Below, piece by piece: positions 42,627 through 52,587 of a stretch of 64,000 nucleotides of DNA; the first letter of the stretch is position 1; each line of letters opens with the position of its first letter. The notes below the pieces were generated by a model, which saw only the letters and a program-made list of their open reading frames with translations, did no database searches and was not told where the DNA came from. This stretch comes from Candidatus Latescibacterota bacterium. GTDB taxonomy: Bacteria > Latescibacterota > CBDEFO01. A program made the translations under genes and the position numbers. The stretch spans positions 397,974 through 461,973 of the forward strand of contig CBDEFO010000003.1 in NCBI GenBank assembly GCA_965237525.1, in the 5' to 3' direction.

Positions 42627-43789
42627 GAAGAGTAAAGACACATGGTATCCACCCTCACGGGATAATTTTGCCTATACTTAGGTGAGGACTGAAAAAAGGA
42701 GGGTAGATACCATGGAGAATGCTATCAGTTACAGTGATGTTCTTGTTCTTAATCCTAATCCTGTTGATCTTCATATCAAGATGGTTCAGACTGCTCAGCT
42801 ATACGGTGTCTCGTATGCTGCAAGGGCTTTTAATACAACACGCAAGAGCATAAGAAAATGGCTGAAACGTTATCTTGAAGAGTCTAGAAAATCATACGAA
42901 AGCACCCATTAACCCTCACTGTTTGTTACCGGAGGAGATCAGAAAGCTGATTGTAAAGTTCTGACAGACCCATCCTTCTTTGGGATATCCGTATCTATTG
43001 GGTTTTCTCCAAAAACAAAATGTTCCAACTGATCAAATTCCCTCCAAACAGACTGCCTATGCTATCTGGAAAAAACACAATCTCATAAAGAAACGCAGGC
43101 GAAGATGGAAGAAAAAGAAACTTGTTTGCCAGTGGAAAAAGAAACTACGCCCCTTTGAATATATCCAGATCGATGTCAAACATCTGTGCGATATCCCCAA
43201 CTACCTGAAACAACACTACAAAACAGGTGCCCAACTCCCTATGTTTGAGTATACTGCCAGAGATATCAAGACAGGCGGTCTCTTTGTAAGCCTGGCAGAC
43301 GAACAAAGCCTGATCAACTCCTGCATCTTGGCCGAAGCATTACTCCAACACCTGGAAGACCACAAGGTCTATCCACGAAAGATCCAAACCGACAACGGCA
43401 GCCAATTCGTCAATACAGAGGATGCCCTCAAAAAGACCCTCTTTACCGACCTCATCCAACAAAGAGGCATAGAACATAAACGCATCCCACCAGGGGCTAC
43501 TACATACCAATCCGATGTAGAACGCGCCCACAGCCTAATCGAATATGAATTCTACGACACCATCAAGACTACCAACCGTGCCAACCTCTGCCGGAAACTC
43601 CAAACCTATCAATGGTTGTTCAATGCCCAAAGACATAATAGCTACAAAGAATCCAAAACCCCTCTGCACATAGCAACCGAACATACACCCACAGAAAACC
43701 TCGACCCTCAACTTTTTAACTTCCCAGTCTTGATCCTTGACTCTCTTCTCTCTATCTTTATCAGGGATGGATACCATGTGTCTTTACCC
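42627..43789 (+). mobile_element. IS481-like (rve integrase core) element, frameshifted transposase 42712-43819
   Basis: 19-bp IR GTAAAGACACATGGTATCC; QIDVK, QTDNGSQF, VERAH motifs; 19-bp flanking direct repeat. Confidence 0.88.
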
Positions 43790-43881
43790 CACCTTTTTTC
43801 CTTAGGGATTTCGCGATGAAATAATGTTGTATCGGAATGCTAAGATGACTTTGGGCGAGAGATTGCATTATAATTATTCAT

Positions 43882-43910
43882 TTGACTTTACCTATTTTCT
43901 TTATTATCTT
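43882..43910 (+). promoter_or_regulatory. Sigma70-type promoter
   Basis: TTGACT-N17-TATCTT upstream of 43979. Confidence 0.55.
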
Positions 43911-43978
43911 TTTATATCAAAGTGGTCTATTTTGAGAGGATGAGAACCATAATTTAACCTTAAACATGTGGAGGCATA

Positions 43979-44641
43979 ATGGGACGCTTTTACGATGAGG
44001 CTCTGATTCCTGATGAAATGAGAAGGAATTTTGATGTCTACGACAGGATAAAAGAAATAGGGATCAACCTCGGCACGTTTGAGGAAAAAGTCGGATCTAT
44101 TGCAGGGGCAGGACTTGCTGGAGCCATTTTTTCGGAATCCGGACTGGTCTATCTTTCTGGTGCGGGCGGAGGCACCGTGTCAATGTTGGATCACGAGGAA
44201 TTGATAAAGTTGGGTCAGGAGGGGGGAAGAGAGGCAGCAGATCAGCACATCAGCACTCTTCACTGGGCTATAACTTGCGGCGGTGAGGGAGGAGACCTCA
44301 ACGATGTCCTCTACACCGTCAAGGTGCTCGGCATGGTAGCCTCACCCGCTGCGGCAGCATTTCTCAGCGCCCCAGCTGTGATAAACGGTTACTCGTTCAG
44401 ACTGCACTCTGTATTCGGCGGAGGTCACTCAGATTATGCTCAAGATGGGATCGATCCAGGGGGCTTCTCGGGTGTGCATGCCAGAAGCGCTGTGGGAGGC
44501 TTCGCCGGAGGATGGTCGGTGGAACCTGAAATAATCGTTGCAATTCCTTCGGAGTTGGCAAAGGGGATAATCAAGAATAGAGGTTGGATCTTTCCTCTTC
44601 CACCCGCTGTGCTTGAAAAGGTATTAAAGTCCCGCGGTTAG
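43979..44641 (+). CDS. Divergent RidA/YjgF-like protein
   Basis: LVYLSG, VKVLGMV, VINGYS..VFG, HARSAVG motifs. Confidence 0.7.
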   Translation: MGRFYDEALIPDEMRRNFDVYDRIKEIGINLGTFEEKVGSIAGAGLAGAIFSESGLVYLSGAGGGTVSMLDHEELIKLGQEGGREAADQHISTLHWAITCGGEGGDLNDVLYTVKVLGMVASPAAAAFLSAPAVINGYSFRLHSVFGGGHSDYAQDGIDPGGFSGVHARSAVGGFAGGWSVEPEIIVAIPSELAKGIIKNRGWIFPLPPAVLEKVLKSRG

Positions 44642-44648
44642 ATAGTTC

Positions 44649-44673
44649 TGGCCGGGTTTGAAAAGCCCGGCCA
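44649..44673. terminator. Hairpin between convergent genes
   Basis: TGGCCGGG-N9-CCCGGCCA. Confidence 0.6.
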
Positions 44674-44676
44674 TCT

Positions 44677-45702
44677 TCATTTTGAGCTTGTGCAAAGTCT
44701 CCTTACAAGTGTCTCGACAGATGTCTTTTCGCCTCTTCTTGTCCTTCCTCCCTTAAGCTCGCTATCAGCTTGGAGGAGGAGCTCGGTGTCCTCCAAGAGT
44801 TCATCCTCAAGGAAGTTTTTAGCCTGGGCTAAGTAATTCTTTACAAAATACGGGTGAACTCTGAGCTTTTTGGACAGTTCATCAGGTGGAAGCCCTGACC
44901 CCTCCAATTTCTGGACCTTCAAGAGGATCATAAGATGCCGAAAGATAGCCGCTACGATCCTTGTGCCCTTTTCTCCCTTTGCAGACATTCTCCCGGCTAT
45001 GAATAGGGCCTTTGACGTATCCTTTTCCCCTATTGCATCCGTAAGGTCGAAAATGCTCTCAGATCTGGAATACCCGACCACATCTTCCACATCCTTTTTG
45101 TCTATCTGAGGCCTGTCACTCACAGAGATCGAAAGTTTTTCTATCTCATTGGCAAGATCACCTAAATTGCTCCCAGCACTCTGGTGAAGTAATCTGACGG
45201 CGTCAGAAGATATTTTCTTCTTATACCTTTTGACTTTCCCCTCTATCCATCCGGGAATACTCCTGTCGTAGAGGGGCTTAAACTCGACTACTGTGCCTCT
45301 CTTTAGAAGCAGGGAAAATACCTCCCTGCGCGTATCGGTCTTTCCTCCAGCTACATCCATTTTCCCCCCGACCAAGATAAAAGATGTAGTCTCCGGAGGA
45401 TCTGAAATCAGCGGCAGGAGTGCTTGGGCCATCTTTTGAGACATCTGCTCGCACCTCTTGAGTACCACCACCCTTTTAGCAGACATCAGTGGGAACGAAG
45501 TAACGGCGTTGACCACAGTCTCCGGTGCTGTCTGATCGGAGTAAAAGACGCTCAAGTTGAAATCTCTGTTTGACGGGGCAACTATAGACTCGACAAGTAA
45601 GGAGAGTGTCTCATCCCTTTGAAACTCACCCTGACCGTATAACAGGTAGAGCGGAGAAAAATCCCTCCGTTCGATGTGCGCTATAAGCTGTTTGTAGTCC
45701 AT
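44677..45702 (-). CDS. holA: DNA polymerase III delta subunit
   Basis: PLYLLYG, DFNL, SFPLMSAKRVVV, NEIEKL, IFDLTDAI, DSELKG. Confidence 0.92.
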   Translation of the reverse strand: MDYKQLIAHIERRDFSPLYLLYGQGEFQRDETLSLLVESIVAPSNRDFNLSVFYSDQTAPETVVNAVTSFPLMSAKRVVVLKRCEQMSQKMAQALLPLISDPPETTSFILVGGKMDVAGGKTDTRREVFSLLLKRGTVVEFKPLYDRSIPGWIEGKVKRYKKKISSDAVRLLHQSAGSNLGDLANEIEKLSISVSDRPQIDKKDVEDVVGYSRSESIFDLTDAIGEKDTSKALFIAGRMSAKGEKGTRIVAAIFRHLMILLKVQKLEGSGLPPDELSKKLRVHPYFVKNYLAQAKNFLEDELLEDTELLLQADSELKGGRTRRGEKTSVETLVRRLCTSSK

Positions 45703-45732
45703 AAGAAAGTAAAAGGATACAGCGCTGGGGCA

Positions 45733-46755
45733 TCAACTCTTTCTACGTCCAAGCATTAGCTCATGGGCCCTGCGGTACATCGCCAACGCGTCTTTGGGCT
45801 GATTCTTCCTGTCGTAGAGCACCCCCAAATACCAGTACGCCCTGCCGTTGTTCGGATCGCTCTCCAAAAACTTCTGGAACGATTGTATGGCCCTGTCGTA
45901 AAGTCCCTTGTGGAGATGGGCGGCTCCGAGATAATAGTAGGGCTCAAAGAAGTTTTTGTCTATGTTAATGGCCCTTTGAAGATCAAGTATGGCCCTGTCG
46001 TAGTGACCTTTTTTGCATAGCAGGACGCCCATAGTGTAGTGTGCCCTGAAGCTTCCCGGTTCTATCTCTATTACTTTGCTGAACTCTGCTTCAGCCTCTG
46101 TATAGAGACCACTCTGCCAGTAGGTTGTCCCCAAGTTGTAGTGAGCGTCCAGATTGTTGGGGTCTAGAGTCAGGACCTCTTTGAATTCGCTGGCAGCCTT
46201 GTTGTAATCTCCTAACTTTTCATATACCAATCCCAGGCCGTTTCTGGCCTCAACATTTCTGGGCTCTCTTCTAAGGATATACTTGTACTTTTCAACAGCG
46301 GTCCAAGGGTCCCCCTTTTGGGCGTCCTCTTTTGCTTCTTTCTTATATCTTTCTAATTCGTCTTCCATCTTTTCTAAAACGCCCTTCTGCCCTTCGAAAT
46401 CCGGGGGAGTTTCAGATGCAGAGCCCTCACCGACAAACGCTTGTTCTCTATAGTCGTCCACCTTTCTTTGAGATAGGCTCTCTGCTATCTTATCTCTGAA
46501 TTTGGAGTACGGCTTGAAATGGGGTTTTGGCTTCATCTGGGAAGACTGGTCCAGTACATCTTTAGACTGTTTGACCCGTATGGAAGGTCTAAACGTCCCG
46601 AATCCCCTCAGTTCAATCTTTTCTCCCTTCTCCAGCGCCACACTAATCTCAGATAGTACTCCTTCCAGGACTCTGCTTACATCCTCCCTGGACAGGGAAT
46701 ATCTCTCCGAGATGATGCGTGCTATATCGTCGTTGTTTAGCGAGTTCCTTTCCAT
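45733..46755 (-). CDS. HU/IHF-like domain fused to TPR repeats
   Basis: GEKIELRGFGTF...PHFKP N-terminus; about five TPRs (A..LG..Y...G.Y..A). Confidence 0.85.
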   Translation of the reverse strand: MERNSLNNDDIARIISERYSLSREDVSRVLEGVLSEISVALEKGEKIELRGFGTFRPSIRVKQSKDVLDQSSQMKPKPHFKPYSKFRDKIAESLSQRKVDDYREQAFVGEGSASETPPDFEGQKGVLEKMEDELERYKKEAKEDAQKGDPWTAVEKYKYILRREPRNVEARNGLGLVYEKLGDYNKAASEFKEVLTLDPNNLDAHYNLGTTYWQSGLYTEAEAEFSKVIEIEPGSFRAHYTMGVLLCKKGHYDRAILDLQRAINIDKNFFEPYYYLGAAHLHKGLYDRAIQSFQKFLESDPNNGRAYWYLGVLYDRKNQPKDALAMYRRAHELMLGRRKS

Positions 46756-46818
46756 TTAGGTAATTCCTCTTTAGGTGGACGGTTGTAAGGACACCTACTC
46801 TCCCTGACTGTCTGCTGT

Positions 46819-46984
46819 TTATGAATCTGACTCTTCTATGTCTTTAAACTCCGCGTCCTGTATCTTTGAACTGTTCAGGTCTATTCTTTTTCTTTTTCTC
46901 CTCTGGGATTCATTCCTCACGATCCTGACAAGATTGTAGACAAGTATCAGCAGGACCCCCCAACATTAACAACTTGAAAAGCAT
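46819..46984 (-). CDS. Small single-TM protein (+1 frameshift in a G-run; absent from ORF track)
   Basis: MLFKLLMLG/VLLILVYNLVRIVRNESQRRKRKRIDLNSSKIQDAEFKDIEESDS*. Confidence 0.55.
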
Positions 46985-47021
46985 CTGTTAGTCCTTTTGG
47001 CGACAACGTGTATCTGTTTTG

Positions 47022-47486
47022 TCATTCCAATCCTTCACGGCTCTTAATCTCTATCTGTTCAGGTCCTCTCATGAAGAGGGCCGGAAAGGAAAATCTAGCG
47101 GCCACAGCTCCAAATGCGTCGGCAATAAAGTCGAAGATAGAAGCGACTCTTCCGCGTACGAACATCTGATGGATCTCATCTGAAGCGGCCCACATCACTG
47201 CCACCAATAGAGCCAATGTAAGGGCTCTTTGTCTGAACTCAGCATGTTTTGACTTGTAGAATGCTGTAGAAACCAAGATACCCAGAATGCAGAACTCCAA
47301 AAAATGGGCCGCTTTGTCGATGTTCCATATTCTGATAGAAGGGGTGTACTCCTGGGGTATGGATGAAGCGATAAATATTGCGGTCGCCCATAGAATAGCG
47401 GGGAGCTGGTATTTGACAAAGCTGTACTTTGGAGCCGAGATGCTATCTTGATCAGCAGGTGAATCTGGTCTCTTTATCTCCGTCAA
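47022..47486 (-). CDS. VanZ-family membrane protein
   Basis: DKAAHFLEF, SDEIHQMFVRGR, DFIAD motifs. Confidence 0.9.
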   Translation of the reverse strand: MTEIKRPDSPADQDSISAPKYSFVKYQLPAILWATAIFIASSIPQEYTPSIRIWNIDKAAHFLEFCILGILVSTAFYKSKHAEFRQRALTLALLVAVMWAASDEIHQMFVRGRVASIFDFIADAFGAVAARFSFPALFMRGPEQIEIKSREGLE

Positions 47487-48495
47487 CTATGTCTCCTATT
47501 ATATAGGCTTTTTCCTTGTTATCTTCCAAGACCTTAAGGACATCCTTAACATAACTTTTGGAGACCAACAGGCCTAATCCTATTCCCATATTGAAGGTGC
47601 GAAACATTTCATCCCAAGCTACATTTCCTACCCTTTGAAGGAGGGAGAAGATGGGCGGAACATCCCACGATTTTGTGTCTACGAGCGCTGCCACCCCATC
47701 GGGAAGGATCCTTGGGATGTTGTCTTTTAGTCCTCCTCCCGTGACGTGGGCGATGCCTTTGATCCTGTCCTCTTCTAAGAGTCCCCATAAGGGTTTGAAA
47801 TAACATCTGTGAGGCTTGAGGAGTTCCTCTTTAAGCGTCGTTCCTAACTCTTCTACAAAGTCGTCAATCTCAAACCCTGCCACTTCGAACAACAGCTTCC
47901 TTGCCAGGGAATATCCGTTGGTGTGCAGGCCGTCGGAGGCTATCCCGATTATCTTATCGCCCTTCTTAATAGCCGAGCCGTCTATTATCTTCTCTTTCTC
48001 GACGATCCCCACTATAGTCCCCACTAAATCGTACTCATTCTGCTCGTAGAAATCGGGCAACTCGGCGGTCTCGCCTCCTAAGAGGGCACAGCCTACCTGT
48101 CTGCATCCTTCCGCTATTCCTTCGACCACGCTTTTGGCTACATCGGGGTCGAGTTTCCCCATAGACAGGCAGTCCATAAAAAAGAGGGGTCTTGCCCCCT
48201 GGGCGAGTATGTCGTTGACGCAGTGCGCTACAAGGTCTCTTCCGACGGTGTTGTTGATTCCGGTCAAGAAGGCTATCTTGAGCTTGGTTCCGACGCTGTC
48301 TATGCTCGCAACCAACACCGGCTCTTTGTAGCTCTTTACGTCTAATGCCACAAGTCCGCCGAAATTCCCGACGTCGGATAGGACAGAGGGACCAAACGTG
48401 GAGCGTACGGCCGATTTCATTCTCCCTATTGCATCATCTTGGGCGGAAATATCCACTCCGGCGTCCCTATAGCGAAACTTTCGCTTTTCCCCCAT
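47452..48495 (-). CDS. purM: Phosphoribosylformylglycinamidine cyclo-ligase (AIR synthase)
   Basis: YRDAGVD, DSVGTK, GGETAE, GLHTNGYSL, TFNMGIG motifs. Confidence 0.97.
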   Translation of the reverse strand: MGEKRKFRYRDAGVDISAQDDAIGRMKSAVRSTFGPSVLSDVGNFGGLVALDVKSYKEPVLVASIDSVGTKLKIAFLTGINNTVGRDLVAHCVNDILAQGARPLFFMDCLSMGKLDPDVAKSVVEGIAEGCRQVGCALLGGETAELPDFYEQNEYDLVGTIVGIVEKEKIIDGSAIKKGDKIIGIASDGLHTNGYSLARKLLFEVAGFEIDDFVEELGTTLKEELLKPHRCYFKPLWGLLEEDRIKGIAHVTGGGLKDNIPRILPDGVAALVDTKSWDVPPIFSLLQRVGNVAWDEMFRTFNMGIGLGLLVSKSYVKDVLKVLEDNKEKAYIIGDIVDGDKETRFTC

Positions 48496-48500
48496 ATCTC

Positions 48501-49091
48501 CTATTTCCCTCCTCTGAAGCCTCCGCCGCTGAAGCCTCTTGTCCTACCTCTTCCAAGGCTCCCCTGTCTTACGGTCCTGCCGTAATATCCGGAGCGTTGA
48601 TACCTGTAGTCGTACCTTGGATAGCCCCCGTAGTAGCCGTACTGGCCTCTGAACATGCTGCTGAGCCACCACATGGTCAGTATGTCCCCCGCGCCGATGT
48701 AGCTGTGGCGGCGGTAACGGTCGGTAGCGACTAGTCTCTGGGAAGACCTCTCAGCTTCGAGCTTGAAGACAAGCATGTCCGAACCTGGACTATATCCTGA
48801 CATTCTGTCCCTGTCGACAAAGCCCACGATGCTACCGTCTTTTTGCTCTCTGACCTCCACACGCCCCTGGCCCTTGTAAAGACCTTTAGCGTTGATGTCG
48901 CCCTCAAAGCTTCTGAGATCCCTGCTGTCCCGTTTGACGAAGTCCTTGTAGAGTTTCAAGACCTCTTCAAGATCTACATCTGCCGCTGCGGCTCCGGACG
49001 CCCCGGGTCCTCCATCCAGTGCGCAGGACAGTGTGGCCAATGCAGTCAAAAGGACCGCTGTCAAAAAGATCTGTGATTTCAAAGTTTTCAC
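48501..49091 (-). CDS. Putative lipoprotein with Tyr/Arg/Gly-rich tail
   Basis: Lipobox-like TLSC; ends GRGRTRGFSGGGFRGGK. Confidence 0.65.
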   Translation of the reverse strand: MKTLKSQIFLTAVLLTALATLSCALDGGPGASGAAAADVDLEEVLKLYKDFVKRDSRDLRSFEGDINAKGLYKGQGRVEVREQKDGSIVGFVDRDRMSGYSPGSDMLVFKLEAERSSQRLVATDRYRRHSYIGAGDILTMWWLSSMFRGQYGYYGGYPRYDYRYQRSGYYGRTVRQGSLGRGRTRGFSGGGFRGGK

Positions 49092-49094
49092 TCC

Positions 49095-50258
49095 CTATAG
49101 TTTAGAGGTCGCCTTCTCCATCCTTTGGAGGGCTTCCTTTATGTTCTCAACGGAGTTGGCGTAGGAGAATCTGAGATATCCGTCTCCATATTCCCCAAAA
49201 GACGTGCCTGAAAGACACGCCACGCCTGCATCATCTAACAGATAGTCCTGGAGCTTTTCGCAGTTCATGGGAACTTCCTTAACGTTGGGAAAGACGTAGA
49301 AGGCCCCGTGTGGACTCAGACAGCTTATCCCTTCGATGCTGTTTAGCCCTTCTACTATGGCGTCCCTCCTTATCTTAAACTCGGTGACCATCTTCTCCGA
49401 TTCATCCTGTGGCCCAGTTAGCGCCTCTATTCCCGCTATCTGGGTGAAACTGGCAGTGCAGGAGTTGCTGTTGACCATAAGCTTTGCGACCTGTTCTGCG
49501 AGAGTTTCGGGCATAGCTCCGTAGCCCATTCGCCATCCGGTCATAGCGTAGGTCTTGGAGAATCCCTCCAGAAGGATCGTCTTATCCTGCATGCCGGGAA
49601 TAGACAGAATGCTTTCGTGTTCGCCTGCGTAGAGGATTCTGCTGTAGACTTCATCCGTCAGGACTATGATGTCCCTTTCAAGTGAGATCTGTGCTACGGC
49701 TTCGATATGCTCCTTTGAGAGGACTCCGCCCGTAGGATTCTGAGGCGAGTTCAAGATTATCATCCTCGTCCTATCGCTGACTCTGTCCCTTAAGTCATCT
49801 ACGGAGAAGCTAAACTCTTTCTCCTCCAGGAGCGGAAGCGGAACGGGCTTTGCACCGATGAAGTTTATGACCGATTCGTAGATGGGGAAGCCCGGATTCG
49901 GATAGATCACCTCCTCGCCCGGGTCGACGCAGGCCATGATGCAGAAGAACATTATGGGCTTGGCGCCGGGCGTCACTACGATCTGATCCGGATTGCAGTC
50001 CACACCCCTGGTCTTTTGAACCTCTTCTGCTATGACCTCTCTCAATTCGGGCAGCCCAGCAGATGGTCCGTAGTGAGTGTAACCGTCATCAATGGCCTTT
50101 TTCGCCGCCTCCTTGATGTTGGACGGAGTATCGAAGTCCGGCTCTCCAATCTCCAGATGAATGATGTCCTTGCCCTGGGCTTCCAGCTTCTTGGCTTTGG
50201 CCAGGACTTCAAACGCAGTCTCCGTCCCGAGTCTGCTCATACTTTCGGCTAAGTGCAT
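49095..50258 (-). CDS. Class I PLP aminotransferase (aspartate aminotransferase-like)
   Basis: GEPDF, NSPQNPTG, DEVY, GFSKTYAMTGWRMG motifs. Confidence 0.93.
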   Translation of the reverse strand: MHLAESMSRLGTETAFEVLAKAKKLEAQGKDIIHLEIGEPDFDTPSNIKEAAKKAIDDGYTHYGPSAGLPELREVIAEEVQKTRGVDCNPDQIVVTPGAKPIMFFCIMACVDPGEEVIYPNPGFPIYESVINFIGAKPVPLPLLEEKEFSFSVDDLRDRVSDRTRMIILNSPQNPTGGVLSKEHIEAVAQISLERDIIVLTDEVYSRILYAGEHESILSIPGMQDKTILLEGFSKTYAMTGWRMGYGAMPETLAEQVAKLMVNSNSCTASFTQIAGIEALTGPQDESEKMVTEFKIRRDAIVEGLNSIEGISCLSPHGAFYVFPNVKEVPMNCEKLQDYLLDDAGVACLSGTSFGEYGDGYLRFSYANSVENIKEALQRMEKATSKL

Positions 50259-50321
50259 TCTTCCTCTCTCCTGTTTACTTTTGCGCAGATTTGGTTTTTG
50301 CGTATTTGATGGTTTTTATTG

Positions 50322-50383
50322 GCCTGACGATTCGCATAAGGGGCGTGAGTCCTCGAGCGTCCCTCTTCATGCAATGGTTAGGT
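50322..50383 (-). other. Integron attC site (62 bp)
   Basis: Minus strand ACCTAAC-CATT-GCATGAAGAGGGACG...CGCCCCTTATGC-GAATC-GTCAGGC: R'', paired L boxes with extrahelical bases, R' one base off GTTRRRY. Confidence 0.78.
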
Positions 50384-50401
50384 ATTCTCTCAAAGCAAGG
50401 A

Positions 50402-50738
50402 TCATGACTTTTCAGCCAGTATAGTCAAGATGGCACGCTTTAAGTCTGGCACGTCACGCTGGATAATCTCCCAGATTCTCTCTAGGTCAATACCTAAGGT
50501 AATCGTGAACGAGCACGTTGCGAAATGACGCAATCACATTCCACTCAATTTCAGAGTGTGTTGCTTTCAAAGCATTCGAAAGGCGTTGTGCAGATTCAGT
50601 CAGTACTTGCAGGTTTCTCAACACAGCATCTTGAAGCATATGAGATTCCATAAACCGGTCACGCCCTTCAGCAACGTCTTCTTCAATTCTCCGAATGTAC
50701 TCGCTGATGTGACGAAGATAGGCTACGTCATCTTTCAT
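50402..50738 (-). pseudogene. HepT/DUF86 HEPN RNase toxin, +1 frameshift near 50497
   Basis: RNVLVHDY (RX4HXY); continues LGIDLERIWEIIQRDVPDLK in the shifted frame. Confidence 0.85.
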
Positions 50739-51026
50739 AATTGGACAGCTTCCCGTAGTACCGACTTACGAATATCAGGCATTAAGCGCCCTCTCTGTCA
50801 AAACATCAACTCGGCAATTCAGAAGAGCCTCAACCTCTAATATGAGACCTGCCGGAAACCACGAACTCGTGGCCGGACCTGCATCAACAAGTAAGTCAAC
50901 ATCGCTCTTTTCCTTAGCCTCACGCCGTGCAAAGGAGCCGAACACGCGGACGTTATACGCGCCGTGCTTGGCAGCAATGCGTTGGATGTCGCCACGTTTT
51001 TCATAGAGCATCTTTTCGATTGTCAT
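50735..51026 (-). pseudogene. MNT nucleotidyltransferase antitoxin, +1 frameshift near 50780
   Basis: VFGSFAR...SDVDLLV; shifted frame ends PDIRKSVLREAVQL* with ATGA overlap. Confidence 0.85.
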
Positions 51027-51107
51027 AGAGAATTCCTTCTCATTACGTGATGGCTGGGCAAAGCTTTCACATAAAGCTTAAATCAAGAGTCAAGTCCTAA
51101 CACCTTT

Positions 51108-51268
51108 CTTTCAACTTCTTGGCCTTCGCGAAGAACTTCAAACGCAGTCTCCGTCCCGAGTCTGCTCACACTTTCGGCTAAGTGCATTCTTCCTCTCTCC
51201 TGTTTGCTTTAACACAGATTTGGTTTTTGCCTATTTTTTGCCTATTTGATGGTTTTTATTCGCCTAAC
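51108..51268 (-). repeat. Diverged duplicate of the aminotransferase leader and first ~25 codons (other copy 50180-50328)
   Basis: MHLAESVSRLGTETAFEVL vs MHLAESMSRLGTETAFEVL, same RBS and leader. Confidence 0.92.
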
Positions 51269-51390
51269 GAGCAAGTTCAGTTGCGGCGGGGATTTGCCGA
51301 AAAGCGTTTGACAGACCGAAACTCTCCGTTTGCCAGAAAAAAGTTATAAAACCACAGTTCGCTGCCATCAACTGCAACGTCTTCTGAGGC
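51262..51390 (-). other. Integron attC site (129 bp, degenerate R'')
   Basis: Minus strand GCCTCAG-AAGAC-GTTGCAGTTGATGGCAGCG...CGCCGCAACTGAAC-TTGCTC-GTTAGGC. Confidence 0.7.
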
Positions 51391-51398
51391 AAGGTTTT

Positions 51399-51426
51399 GT
51401 TGGGTTTCGTTTAAACCCCAACCTAC
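51399..51426. repeat. GTAG-type REP-like palindrome (minus strand GTAGGTTGGGG...CGAAACCCAAC)
   Basis: Lies between the M48 stop codon and the attC site. Confidence 0.55.
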
Positions 51427-51432
51427 ATATTG

Positions 51433-52430
51433 TCATAGACTTTCGCTCTGGACTTTTGTAGACACAACACGCATTGCTTGCTCACTGCGACATAAAGAAG
51501 CGGCTCGCTTCGGTAAGTTGGGGTGAGTCGAAAGAACTTCTGAGAACCAAATCCAGAAGCCATGCTCACTCTCCACTTGGTTGATAAACTCTTGTGCGTT
51601 GACGTTATGGTAGAGCCTCTTCCCAGCGGCTAAAACAAGAAGCCCCCCAAGCGCACCGTCTGGCCGATAGTGAGCACCAAAACGATCGCAGGTATATTCA
51701 CATGCCCGGGAGTAAGCTGCACCCAAGAACGGGATCAACATAGACGGGTAGAGAAACCAACGCCAAGCGAGGTGCTTGCGTTTGATATGTGCTAATTCGT
51801 GGCATATCACGAAAGCAAGTTCAGCCTCGCCTTTCATATAGGCTAGTTCCAGCACGTCAGAATAAATAACCACAAAACTTCTGCCAAGGAATCTGGTAGC
51901 AAAAGCATTTAGCAAACCTCCTGCTTGCAGGACGTAAATCGCAGGGACTGGATTAAGTTCCATAGAATGGGCAAGGTGCTGTGCGAGGCGGTAGACCTCT
52001 GGAAATTGCTTTTCCGATACTCGGATACCATTGCCTCTGAGATATCCAATAAATAGTCCATGTGTAATGAGAAAGATAATCACACCCATCACTAAATATA
52101 CTATCCCGAGGATAGATACTACAAGAAGAAGATAGATTAGCAGGCTACTCACAACTGATATGCCAAAGTAAAATTTCTCCTTTGGATGTAGCAATGAATC
52201 CATAATCCCAAACCCCCTATTCACGACTGTTCCTTCACCTTGATTCATCTCTGCTACTGGTCGTCTTGCCCGCGATTGATATAGCGTAGCCGCTTCGTCA
52301 TCAATGCTTTCTGCCGTTTCGGGAACTGGATTGCTGGTGCCACATTTTTTGCATTCAGCAGTCTCGGAAACTTTAAGAACTGCACGACAACATCTTCACC
52401 ACAATTCTTACATCCGAATTTCAAAGCCAT
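51433..52430 (-). CDS. M48 metallopeptidase with N-terminal zinc ribbon (frameshift near 52372)
   Basis: NAFA, HELAH, EYTCD, STHP motifs; upstream MALKFGCKNCG.../VSETAECKKCG joins in frame to MNQGEG. Confidence 0.8.
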
Positions 52431-52587
52431 GATTTTCCTCCAATCAGCCTAGCTATGATTATACAGTCAGCATAAACTTGCCAAATTCGACTGTTTCCTT
52501 CTGAATGAACTTCCTGACCCTCTCATCGTTACAGATTGAGGCTAAGATTGGCATTGGAGATTGGATCCTCTCTGATCCTGATCCTAC

